64,000 nt of DNA. Source: Leucoraja ocellata (lineage: Eukaryota). Positions 25,669-37,500 of this stretch are shown one piece after another. Made by a program: the position numbers and the translations under genes. Each line of letters opens with the position of its first letter. The stretch's first letter is position 1. The stretch covers positions 5,146,001-5,210,000 of the forward strand of contig JAWMAR010000020.1 of the NCBI GenBank assembly GCA_036785375.1. The letters run 5' to 3'. The notes below the pieces were generated by a model that saw only the letters and a program-made list of their open reading frames with translations, did no database searches and was not told where the DNA came from.

Positions 25669-26009
25669 CACTATCCCCTGCATGTGAACAGAATTTAGGT
25701 TGGGGGTCCAGCAATCTCTATCAGCTCAACTGCAATTTCTTTCTTTCCACAGTGAATAACTGTCAGTTCACATATATAACTCTGTTCAAACTACCTGGCT
25801 TAAATTCCCGGAGATAGTTTGGAGACATTTTACCAACTGACTGCTCTGTCCCTTGATGAAGACGAGTCCTCAAGATTGCACAGCAGTGGGAAATTAATCC
25901 TTCCAGGAGTGGAGCGGAGATTGAAATGCTTTCTTGGCACGAGGTTTACCACAGACATACAGTCAGATAAGCAATAGGATGATGATTGGATATCTATGCT
26001 GAGTATATT

Positions 26010-26298
26010 GAGATGAGGGAAAACCTTTTATCTCAGAGAGTGAGATGAGGAGAAACGTTTTCACCAGAGAGTTGTGTATCTGTGGAATTCTCTGCCACAG
26101 AAGGCAGTGGAGGCCAATTCACTGGATGTTTTCAAGAGAAAGTTAGATATTGCTCGTTGGGCTAATGGAGTCAAGAGATATGGGTAGAAAGCAGGAACTG
26201 GGTACTGATTTAGGATGATCAGCCATGATCATATTGAATGGCGGTGCTGGCTCGAAGGGCTGGATGGCCTACTCCGGCACCTATTTCCTATGTTTCTA
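26010..26298 (+). mobile_element. Old CR1 3' fragment
   Basis: CAGAGAGTTGTGTATCTGTGGAATTCTCTGCC (RVV.LWNSLP) and 3'UTR. Confidence 0.75.
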
Positions 26299-27535
26299 CG
26301 TGTAATGCTGAAGGATAAATACCAGGGAGAACCTCTCCTCTTCCAAATGATGCCACAGAAGCGTTTACATCTACGTGAGAGGACAGATGAGGATTTGGGT
26401 TCATTGTCTTATCAAAAGGGTAGCTCTCTGACAGCAAACACAGCCTTAGTATTACGCTGAAGCACCTGTCTGGGGCCTCTTGAACGGGGAAAGGGGTGTT
26501 TGTACCTTGTGCCTTAAGGCAAGATTGCTACTTACATAATGAAGCTCAACCCCAAATCTGAAATAAATTGCAGTGATATTTAAGAAATAAACCTTAGGCA
26601 GGACGTTCCAATTTGGCAAAGTTGGACAAAGATGCAAGGAATGGCATTAAGTGAAGACTATCATTTGTCAAATTGGAGGTGTAAATGTACAAGAATGAGA
26701 GGCATTCTGTTGTGTATCTATGCAGCAGTCGTGTGAATGAAAATATTAAAGAGCTCGCTGTGTGTTCGAGCTGCTGTTGTGCTGAGAGATACCAGCTGAT
26801 AACAGCATGTGTTCAGGCAATACCACAAGCTGTGGGGTTAGCGTTATTTATTCATCCAATATCCTCCTTGGGGATGGTTAAGTGACAGCCTCTCTAGGGA
26901 CCACAGCAGCATTCAGCAACAATGCAAGGAGCAGATTAAACCTCTATTTTGGCTTGGTCAGAGGATCCCAGTGTACACACAGAAACCGGCAGTGACTAAT
27001 GGGGCGATGGAGAAAGATTCTGTCAGATCACTGTATTAAAGACTTGATAAACATTCAGGAAGATTTGCACAGTAAGATATCTTATTCTACACTTTCCTGC
27101 AAAATGACAAATGGTTTTCCAGAGAAAGGACTCGTGATTTATCTGGAAATATCAATTGAAGGAAATCTCTCTTTTCTGCTTGCAATATTGCTAACACCGG
27201 GTGCTCAGAGGAAATGATTCCCCTGATTAGATTCTGCCTCTATTGCGTGACCTGTGTGGTTAAAGTGGTCTTTCACATATTGTATAATGGAGGAGAAAGC
27301 CAGTAAATATTGTAAAAGCACTTATGTACCAAATCTGACAGTGTAGGAGCACTCCATTGGGCTCTTCAGACCTCTGCCGATTTCTGAAATGCTATTTTAA
27401 CATCTTGTTTTCCAGGGTACTGCCTGCTAATTACCTTCCTTGTTATTTGTGGCTAAACCACTTGTTTATTCTTCCAATCTCATTGCTTGTGTTCACCAAA
27501 TGATACAATAGGCTCACATTTGTACAGAAGAATTA

Positions 27536-28537
27536 CCGTATTTCCAGGCAATGAAGACGCAATATTTTACCCAAAAATAGACACGAAAATTTACCTGCGT
27601 CTTGGAGGCCGAAAGTTAGGTTGCAAGAATGATGTTGCTGTACTGAGCGATAGCCAAGTCTATCCCTCATTGCTGGCAGCTGATAGGAAGCAGCTGTAAA
27701 GTGGGAAGCGGCTGTACAAGGACAACTCCATTGGGGGGGGAAGAGGTCCCTTCACAGCTTGTGGGGAGCCTGGCCCGAGTCGGCATGGGCAGGAGCGTTG
27801 AGAAGGTGGGGGTCGGGGATCTTGCCAGCAAATCACTCACTCACCGCTGCCGCGGCGCTCCGGGCGCGAAGGCACCGCATTATGTCCGGGGAGGGAAGTA
27901 GCTCGGGTGGCCGGACAGCGGAACCGGCCGCCACCTCAGCGCCTTCTGCCGGCCCGCTTACCTCTGGCAGTGCTCTCCCTCTGAACACCTCTCACCTGCC
28001 GCTCGCCGGCCTTGCTCATGTCAGCCGCTTCCCGCAAATCCTTAAATTCCGGCTGCCGCCAGGAGCAGGACATGGCCTCACTTGCTGCGCTGGGTGACAC
28101 TGCATGGCATTCACTGCCTGGACCGTGTCTTTCAATATAGACCGGACAGTGAGATCAGCTTAACAGCAAAGATCATAGAGCGGAGCGGGTCAGCGGGCTA
28201 TGGATAACCGGACAGTGGGCGGTGTAGCTTAACCGTGTCAGCGCGAGTAACCTCAATTGGTATTGTCATTCAATAAGATCACAACTGATTCACACCGCTC
28301 CTGTTTTTCCCACCATCTCTCCACCTGCCGTCACCCTCCACCCCCCCACCCATTCAGTCATTCAGAATGGAGGAGAACTGGAAGCCTTGCACAAATTGAA
28401 TTGTTACTTTCTTTATTTTTATTTTTTATTTGTATTTTTTTGAGCGTGAGAAATTCTATGTACCACCAGCCTTTATTCAAAATTTAGCAACTCAAAATGG
28501 GGGTGCGTCTTCGACGTGGGTGCGTCTTCGACGTGGG
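27536..28537. mobile_element. Non-autonomous Tc1/mariner (pogo/Tc2-like) remnant with GC-rich interior
   Basis: TA followed by CCGTATTTCC...AAGACGC at the left end. Subterminal GGGTGCGTCTT repeats at 28500-28530. Right TIR not found. Confidence 0.55.
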
Positions 28538-28857
28538 CTGGCAGGTCGATTAGTTACTGGAATTTATTTCATAGAATACCTGAGTGATAAAATAATCAAA
28601 TTGGAATGAAAAGGATTAAGTTTCCAGAGGAAAAAGGAGAGAGGATATTGGACTGTTGGGATTATTCTGGCGAAAAATGGTATCCTTCTGTCTCGTAGCA
28701 AGTAAATAAAATAGAAACATGGAATAATAGTTTAAACTGTGAGGCACCATTCTATGTTGCAGATGAATAAATGAGCTTCCAATGGGCGGCCTGTCCTCTG
28801 GTTTCTCAGTGTTATCATTGTGCTGTCAATTTCTATACCTCGTAGCATTCTATGCTT

Positions 28858-28950
28858 AAGATGGACACAAAATGCTGGAATAACGCAGCGGGTCAGGCAG
28901 CATCTTTGGAGAAAAGGAATAACTTTCCAGTCGGAACCCTTCTTCAGACT
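28858..28950 (-). repeat. Penelope-like tail repeat with degenerate hammerhead
   Basis: Reverse complement GTCTGAAGAAGGGTTCCGAC...GATGCTGCCTGACCCGCTG. Confidence 0.7.
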
Positions 28951-29319
28951 CAGCTTGTTGATACCAGTCTCCGTAAATCTGTAGGTGCCGTTTCTTCCAT
29001 CTCCTGGAGTAATTCCCCTTACATCTTTTTGGATAAGACAACTTTGAGTCCAGATAACAAATGAGTGATTGATATTTTATTGTCACATGTACTTGGTACA
29101 GTGAAATTCTTTGTTTTGCACACAGTACACATGTATGCAAAGTCGCTATGTAAAGGGCACTGACACAATTACAAATATATTCAGTATAGTCCTCCTCTTT
29201 CCTCTATGTTGTTGTCCCCCCCCCTCCCCCCCCCCCCCCTTGAGAGCTTGTTCTCCCCCCCCCCCCCCCCCCACCTACTTGAGAGCTTGTTCTATGTTTC
29301 CAAGCACTCTGAAACCTCA

Positions 29320-30500
29320 TCCTTAATAATTGGCATTCAACTTTTACCAACAACTGAAGTCAGACAAACTGTCTTATAATTTCCTTTCTTTTGCCTCACT
29401 CCCTTCTTAATCTTCCTAATGACCCCCAAGACACTCCTGCCATTGCTGCTCCACTGTCATTCTTGCCGTAATCCCATTCCAATTACCTTTAGTCAGCTTC
29501 TCCCTCATGTTAATCACCTTTACTCAACACTAATACCAATACATCTTATTTCAGCTTCTCCCACTTAAATTGAAGAGGGTTGAATTCCATCATATAATGA
29601 TCACTGCATCATGACAGTAGCCTCCTCGTGACGATCCCCGGAAACGATGACACGATGCACTCACTCTGTGACGCGTCGGGCGACCAATTCTGTCAACATG
29701 TTGGACGACGACAGAAGCCAACAGCGAGCTACACGTCATCTGACACGAGCGAACGATGATCACTGCCACCTCGGGATTCCTTTCCTTAAGCTCCCTAATC
29801 AAACCTAGTTCTTACACAACACTAAATCCAGAATTGCCTCTTCCTTAGTAGGCTCATCCCCAAATTGCTCTAAGAAGCCATCTTGTAGGTATTCTTCTCT
29901 TCTCTACAAATTCCTTCTCTTGGGATCCAGCATCAACCTGATTTTCCCAGACTACCAGCATATTGAGATCCCCATGATCACTGTAACATTACCTTTCTTA
30001 CATGCCCTTTCTATCTTCTGATGTAATTTGTACCTTACATCCTGTCTTGTTTTGGAGGCCTGTATATAACTTTCATCAAGTATTTTTACTCTTGCAGTTT
30101 CTTAACTGGCCACAAGGATTCCACATCTTCTGATCCTATGTCATTTCTTGCTAAGGATTGAATTTCATTTCTTACCAACATTTCTTACCCTCCTCCTCTG
30201 TTGACTTGGTTGTCTTTTTGAGAGGATGTGTATCCTTCGAACTTCTGTTCCAAGCTCTGAACCTCTTTCAGCCACGACTCTGTGATGCCCACAACATTGT
30301 ACCCGTCAATTTCTACTGTCCTATAAGCTCATTCACCTTGTTTAGTATACTGCATGCATTTAGATATAACACCTTAAATTCTGTATTCACCACCCCTCTT
30401 CTCAAATTGGTCCCCATGTTGCCTAATGTCAGACTCTTATCCCTTTCGAAACATCCTATCCTATTTCTTATTCTGCTTCCGTTCATTATCCTGAGGAGAT
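29320..30500 (-). mobile_element. Old, deleted CR1-like LINE (endonuclease region)
   Basis: Minus-strand FKVLYLNACSILNKVNEL (APE-endonuclease start), MGD-like and SDH-like segments, many disablements. Confidence 0.7.
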
Positions 30501-31772
30501 GATAGTCATATGCTTTGCCATCCACTTCATGGACCTAGATGCCAACTGCTCTTTTGAATCATCTGCAGATCTCTGCTGGATCATGTCCTGACTTATTCAA
30601 AGCTCAAGATAGACATGGAACTTGTAACATTCAATGTTGTCAACAATGCAGATACCTTGTCCAATTCTGGTTTCTGGCACTGTTTACTGAAAGCTTTGTC
30701 CCCTGACTGCTCTGCCAGTATTTTCTCCAGAGTTATTCCTGAACACTTCACACTGTGGACTAGATATATGCACAGATTTCAGCCGCTATTCACAAAGGAA
30801 CAGTTAGCAAACGCTGACGTCTTTTTATCTAAATTCAATCCTCACACCTCTGTACTAAATAGATGCACCTTGACCTACTTAACCACTGCTATCATGTTGT
30901 ACATTACATGTTTACCACAGCTCTGTTTGTCAATTACGTTTACAGACTAATATCTGTGGTTCAACAACCTAATTATACTTCCAGTCCCATGCTGAGTACT
31001 TGGCCAATGATACAATGGGTTCTCTTTGTACAGACTATAGATCATCAGTGAGTGATGTGGAACAAGTATAAAATGGTTCACATATTCTCAACAATATAGT
31101 TATCTGTTTATTCTTCCAATATATCAATTTCACTGCCTGTTAATCCTTGACCATTACTTATAATGGACCATTACACTATTTAATGATCCTCTGTATGTAA
31201 GAGTAAAATCTCCCTACCCCTTCCTTTGTTTTTTTAGTGGTGGTCATCCAGATAATAGCTATCTGACCGGATAAAGTAATGTCTCCTTGTCCTGAAATCC
31301 CACACAGTTGTAAGCACTTCTAACTGATAAGGAAATGCAGAATGGGGTAATCTTATTAATTAAGCTAATGCAATCAAGGATTACGTTAGGAATTACTTCC
31401 TCATACAAAAATTGTAAAATTCTGGGACTTTTTCCCAAAAATCTGTTATGGCTCAAGGTCCAACTGAAAACTTCAATCCACTGGGACCGATAATTTTTTT
31501 GTTTATCAAGAGGATTATGGAAACCAAACTTAAAGGCGGAGCCGAGATACAGATTTAACAATGGTGAAAAAGGCACAAGGATTGAATAACTTACTCCTTG
31601 TGACCTTTGCTGCTGTAATTGAAAGATCTCAACTTCTCAACATTTTATATTTATCTGCAACATCAAGTTTGGTTGAGCAACAAAGGCTGAATTGTAGCTC
31701 TCAGCATTGCTTTCCACCATTGTCCTTCAGATATTCAGACCTCGAAGAGTTTATTCAGCATTTGCTAAGTTA

Positions 31773-32122
31773 TGGACCTGCCCCACTTAAGCATTTTTTT
31801 TCAGTGACTGCCGGCGACTGTCATAATCGTAGCAGGTCACTGAAAAACTGGCGACTGGATCCCACTACGACAATGTCTACAACAACCTACCTCCAAGTCA
31901 ACGTCAAGCAGCACCCACGTCAGGCTACGATCGTTGCCGTTAAGCCCACGGGCGCCGACTGTCGCCGAAAGGTTTTGAACATTTCAAAATCCAGCAGCGA
32001 CTAGAAGAAAGGTATTACTTTGGGCGATTGAGGAGACCTTACAGGCGACACCCCGGCGACCATGTGGCGACAGCCTAGTCACCTTTAGTCACCTAAAAAA
32101 TTGCTTAAGTGGGACAGTGGCA
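31773..32122. mobile_element. PIF/Harbinger-like MITE
   Basis: Imperfect TIR TGGACCTGCCCCACTTAAGCA / TGCTTAAGTGGGACAGTGGCA, with TTA on both sides (31770-31772, 32123-32125). Confidence 0.75.
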
Positions 32123-33269
32123 TTAAACATCTTCCCTCTGCATTGCCAAGTAGCATTACATATTACACAGAGCTTTCTTGAGTCAAGGATCCATGACCAA
32201 GGGAAAATAAAGATCTTTTAACAAATGTTAAACATCTCATGGCACTTCACACTGACTTTCTGGGTAAATTACACACAGTGAGGTCTGACATACAGCGGTA
32301 AAATAAACAAATGCAAAACTTGTTCCAGGACATGAGGTGCCATAGAACCAGTTGCGTCGGCCTGAGACATGTGATTGGATTAGTTTCATCTAAAAGGCAG
32401 AGCTCCCAACTGTATAATTTTGCTTCAGAATTGCCCCTGAGAGACGGCCTTGATTTCTCAGGTGACTGGAATGAGACTGGATTTCTCAAACTTCCAATTG
32501 CGAGATGAGCACACTATCCACTGAGCGTAGAATCACTCACTAACATTCTCACCCAGTGCCTCCGGGAACCAGCTGCAAAGGCAAGACTTCCTTTTGTTCT
32601 TATTGCGCATTCACAGGATAACGTTAATGTTTCTGAACAATGCATACGGAGATATCCATCCACCTTTCATTAAGAGTTCATGTGGAAAGGGGAGCTGATA
32701 TGTCAACCATCAAGTAGAAGAGGGGGCTGAACCAAAGGGAAATGTTATTTAATTTAACATTGGAAAAGAAGGAATTGAAGTCCATTATTAATTTTCCTTG
32801 AAAGAAAAATATAAAAATGAGTTAATGGAGTCAGGGACTGAGGCGCCAAGTGAGGAGAAAGCTAATATTATCACTAAGTTCCAAATAGGGCCATGTTACA
32901 CCTCATTAATTTTAGTTCGGTTTCTAGATACTCTCGGGTCTCAAAGGGAATTTACTTCATTCGAAATGGTATGGAATGGGAAATGCTTTGAACACATGCT
33001 CCTCGTGTGGTTTAAGACTCACAGTATAAATAGTATCGTCTTATACTGAACCCTAAGTGACCTGTTTGGGCTCTCAAGCCAAAACGTGAATGCCTGAAGC
33101 AGGATATTTCAAGGTCATGTTGGCTCAGCATTTAATTGTTGCTGCATTTACGGTAAGGGACACGGGGCACAGTCTGTTGTGTGTGAGAATGTCTGGTTCA
33201 GGTGTGTTTGTGTGTAAGTGCGTGATTGTGGAGGAACCTATTTCTGTGAGAATGTGCGATAAAGCTTTG

Positions 33270-33480
33270 TGTTTGGAAAGGGGAGTGTGTGTGCATGTAT
33301 ATGTGTGTGTTTATGACTTTGTATGAGTGTATGTGTGTGCATATATAAGTGTGTGTGTGCATGCATGCGTGAGTGTATGTTTATGACTCTGTGTATCTAA
33401 GTGTATATAAGTGTGTGTGTGTGTGCGTGTATGAGTGTATATTTGCAAAGAGATTAAGGTGATTTTATGCATGTGTGTGG
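33270..33480. repeat. Degenerate (TG)n microsatellite
   Basis: Direct reading. Confidence 0.85.
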
Positions 33481-33769
33481 TGAGAATATTGTGAGAGTAT
33501 TTATGGATTCAGAAAGTCATGCAGCATGGACACGGGTCATGCAGCATGGACACGGGTGTTTCCGCTCACCGAGTCTATACTGACCATCAATCACACACCT
33601 ACACTTATACTACATTTTATTTCCCCCTCATTTTCCTCAATTCTTCCCAGATTCGATTCCTTGACCACACATTAGGGGCTATCTACGCAGTCAATTAGCT
33701 GAACAACCAGATTCAGATTAGTTTATGACCATACACACCCAGGGTGCAATGAAATTCCTTGTTCGCATG

Positions 33770-34650
33770 AAAGGCAGAAAGTGGTTGGGTAACCACCAGG
33801 AAAGCAAAAGGGAGTAGACAGAGATTGCAGGAATGCCCTGTGGCCATTCCCCTCAAAAACAAGTCTGCTCTTTTGGAGAGCAAGAGCCCCGCTGAGTTAC
33901 TCCAGCATTTTGTGTCTATACTCTTTTGGATACTGTTGGGCGGGGATGTCTGTTCAGAGGAGAGCAGCAGCAGCAGCAGTCATGTCTGTAGCACCAAGCT
34001 TGGCTCTGATGCACAGCAGGAAAAGATGATGTTAAACCGAGTGGCTCTGATGGGAGACTAGTCTGTGGCTGCAAACAGGACTACAGAATGGTGTCATGCC
34101 TCCCCATGCCTGCGTCCAGATGACTTTGAGCGGCTGAAGAACATTCCCAAGGGGGAGGGGAACAGCCAGACGTTGCCACATTGGTACATCGGTAGGAAAG
34201 GCATGAGGTCCAACAGTGAATATAGGTAGTTAGGCAGAAGTTTAAAAAACAGGACCTCAAGGGTAGAAGGGTAGTAATCTCTGGATTACACCCAATGCCA
34301 CATGCTAGTGAAGGAAGGGATGGAAAGATAGGGCTGATGAATGCATGGCTGAGGAGTTGACATGGGGGGCAGGGATTGAGATTTCTGGACAATTGGGATC
34401 TCTTCTAGAGCAGTGGAGACCTGTACAAGATGGACAGGTAGCACCTATATTGGAGAGGGGGCTGATATCGTGTTGTGTGGGTGTGCAAGTGTTACAAGGG
34501 GTGGTTTAAACTAGATTGGCCGGGGGATGTGATCCAGTGCAGTAGTAAGGCAGGCAAGAGGCTAGATACTGAAGGTAATGACAGCAAATACAGTAGTTAG
34601 GACAGGCAAGAGCAGGGCAGGGAGTGAGGAAAGACAGTTGAATTGAGTCA
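33770..34650 (+). mobile_element. Old CR1 ORF1 (esterase/SGNH-like) remnant
   Basis: Degenerate PVAIPLKNK, CLP, HIGT, VISGL.P, W...QG.RFLDNW motifs typical of the CR1 ORF1 esterase region. Confidence 0.6.
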
Positions 34651-35189
34651 CTTTTGTTTCTAGAGAGGGGGGAAGCCACATATGATGGCTGGGAGAGGAG
34701 AACTAAGGAGGAAAGCCTGCCATGGAGATCACGAGAAGAAGGCAGGCCATGGGACCAGGGAGGAGGAAAGCACCAAGGGGAGGGAGGTTGTTAACCAGTT
34801 GTGGGGAAGTCAGCAGGAGCTTTAGGAGAGGAGACTTGGCCCAGGGTTAGCATGGGAGAGGAGGAAGTGTGGAGTCTGATATCATAGTTGGGGGAGTGAG
34901 GGTGGGAATGTGGATCATTCCCAGGGTAAGGAAGAGCATTTGGAGATAGCAGATTTGCTGAAGAGAGTAAGAGAGCACTGGGAAGCTGCAAATTGGAAGA
35001 ATGGGAGGTGGGGCCAGAGTAAGGGGGAAGGTCTGGGAGCTGTATATGATGTGAGGTGGGAATGCGGTGATGATTTAAATACACTAGTTGTCTGACTGAA
35101 GGTCTCTCATTCCAGCATTTTGGAATAATGGGAGAGACCCGATGATAGACAACATGGTCCGAGATCCAATATAACGTTCCAGAAAGAAT

Positions 35190-35315
35190 GCAGGAAGGAA
35201 CTGCAGATGCTAGTTTACACTGAAGATAGACACAAAATGGTGAAGTTGCTCAGCAGGTCAGGCAGCATCTCTGGAGAAAAAGAATAGGTAACATTTCAGG
35301 TCGAGACCCTTCTTC
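35190..35315 (-). repeat. Penelope-like tail repeat with degenerate hammerhead
   Basis: Reverse complement GAAGAAGGGTCTCGACCTGAAATGTTACCTATT...GATGCTGCCTGACCTGCTGAG. Confidence 0.7.
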
Positions 35316-35894
35316 CTGCCAGAGTGCCATGTGAGGAATGGCGCCACCTGGGGGCACAAATTAAGTTAAGATGAGTGAATTGCGAAAGATTTACTCCTGG
35401 TTAAAACAGCTCTGCGCAGCTCTGAAAAAACACTACTACATTATGTAATTGAATTTCTGGGCCTTTCTGTTTAAAATGGGGCCACGTTACACTTCATTAA
35501 TTTCACCTAAGTGGAACAGAGATACATTTTGAAGTTGTCGTATCATTATACTTGTTTCAAAATTCGTCTGCTGATTATGTTAGCAAACACTTTGATCCAT
35601 GTGAAATAAAATGAGCTGCGTCTCTATCAAAGAAATGGAAAGTGAAGCTGGATAAATGCTTGAGGAAGAAAGGGTTATAAAGCTATATTAATTGTTGGAA
35701 GTATGTTTGAATGGAGCACTAAAAATGGCATAGACTGCTGGTTTAATAGCTTGTGTCTGCACTGAGCCCAGCATTTCTAACATGCCTTCAGTGGCCTCAG
35801 CTTCCAGCCAATGAACAGCTTGAAAAAGTGTTCATGTTATCATACAGATAATTTACATGCAACAAAGTGGTCCTACCTGGATTCCTTGTTTGAC

Positions 35895-36258
35895 GGCGAC
35901 ATTGATAAAGGGATTGCTGCATTGGTGCTACCTCCTGCACCCACACACAACTCACTGACTTCATCCATTTCACCACTAACTTCCATCCGGCACTCAAATA
36001 CATACACCTGGACCATTTCCGACATTTCCCTACCATTTCTAAGCCTCACTATCTCCAGTTCAGGTGATAGACTACTGACCGACATCTACTATGAATCCAC
36101 TGACTCCCATGGCTATCTGGACTACACTTCTTCCCACCCTGCTTCCTGTAAGGACTCCATCCCCTACTTCCAATTCCTCCGTCTACGCCGCATCTGCACC
36201 CAGGGTGAGGTGTTCCACACCATGGAATCGGAGATGTCCTCATTCTTCAGGGAACGGA
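35895..36258 (+). mobile_element. Internal RT fragment of the Penelope-like family
   Basis: Closely similar to 39262-39609 (YTWTISD.SLPFL.LTIS..GDRLLTDI.Y..TDSHGYLDYTSSHPASCKDSIPY). Confidence 0.88.
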
Positions 36259-37500
36259 GGAGAAAAGTATTTACACGTTAAGCTTTTAAACTGTGTGCCG
36301 GAAATTGCTACATTGTTCTCAAACAGGCATACCACAGGCTCTCCTGTCCATAAGGCTCACAGTATGAAAACATCGATAAAGAGTGAACAGCAAATCTATA
36401 CTTACAGATATACAACATTATTCTCCCTGTTCTCAAGGTGAAAGGTGTCCTTGCGTAATCCTTTCACTTTTTCAACAATAAGTTATATAACATCACTATG
36501 CATATTTTCTGAACAACAACTAATGTTCATAAGGCACCAATAATTTGTTCTGGTTTTCAGTCTTTTTCTTTTCACGGTCTTGTATAGTTTATGTGTAATT
36601 TAGGTATAATTCATATTTTTGTGCATTTGTCCCAGTCTATGTGCTTGTGATGCTGTCGCAAGCAATGTTATTTATTGCACCCGCAGCTTACCATACTTAA
36701 CCTGATGATTTGACAATTATAGATCTAGTCTGTTGACTGGTGTTTGGAGTCTTCCTGATCTTCTTGCAGGGTTAGGTGTTCAATTAGCTCTTCCATTCTG
36801 GATTTGATTCCAAGATCTGTTTCGTTGACAGACTTGCTTGGATTTCATACTTTCACTTCTCGAAGTCTGTGCTGTCACCTTAGGCGTGAATTCATAACTG
36901 TGTGGTTCAACATCAAGATTTGCTTTTATGTCTGTGTTTGATCTACATGCACAATTCACATTTTGTCACCAATTTCAACCAAATATCTCTTGGTTCCACA
37001 AAGCTGTGCTACTATTAGTATTGACCATATCTGTGAGGTTGGATTAATAGGAAGGTCAGGAACGCTCATATGCTCATTTTACTTTTTTTTTAAAAGCAAT
37101 CTTAGTGATTGGCATCACGGTGACATTTTTGATCCAATTGCTTCTGTTCAATCTTAGAAACCAAATTTGGTTTGACAAAGACTTGCATGTGTATGAAATC
37201 TTCCCTTCATCAAGCGTTCTGCTAGAGTGTGCCCTGTGGTCGTGTGCAAAGTTGGTCTGAACTTCAATAAGAAATTGGTCAAATGATGTTTCATGTTGAG
37301 CTTTGAGTTTCCCAGTCACACAGACTGGCCTCTCAGCCACACTATTTGAAGTTGGATGATAGAAAGGAGGATTTGTCCAATATCTCGCTGCTTCCTAAAG
37401 TGAGTGAACAGGGGAGATCAAATGTAAAGCAGAAACAAGCTGTTCAGATAACCCACAACATGAATATACAGATCTCAACTCATCATTAGTACATTCGGTT

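Noticed and set aside
34650-35090. Purine-rich stretch resembling an antisense, degraded PLE 5' region
   Set aside because: Similarity is too weak by eye to call.
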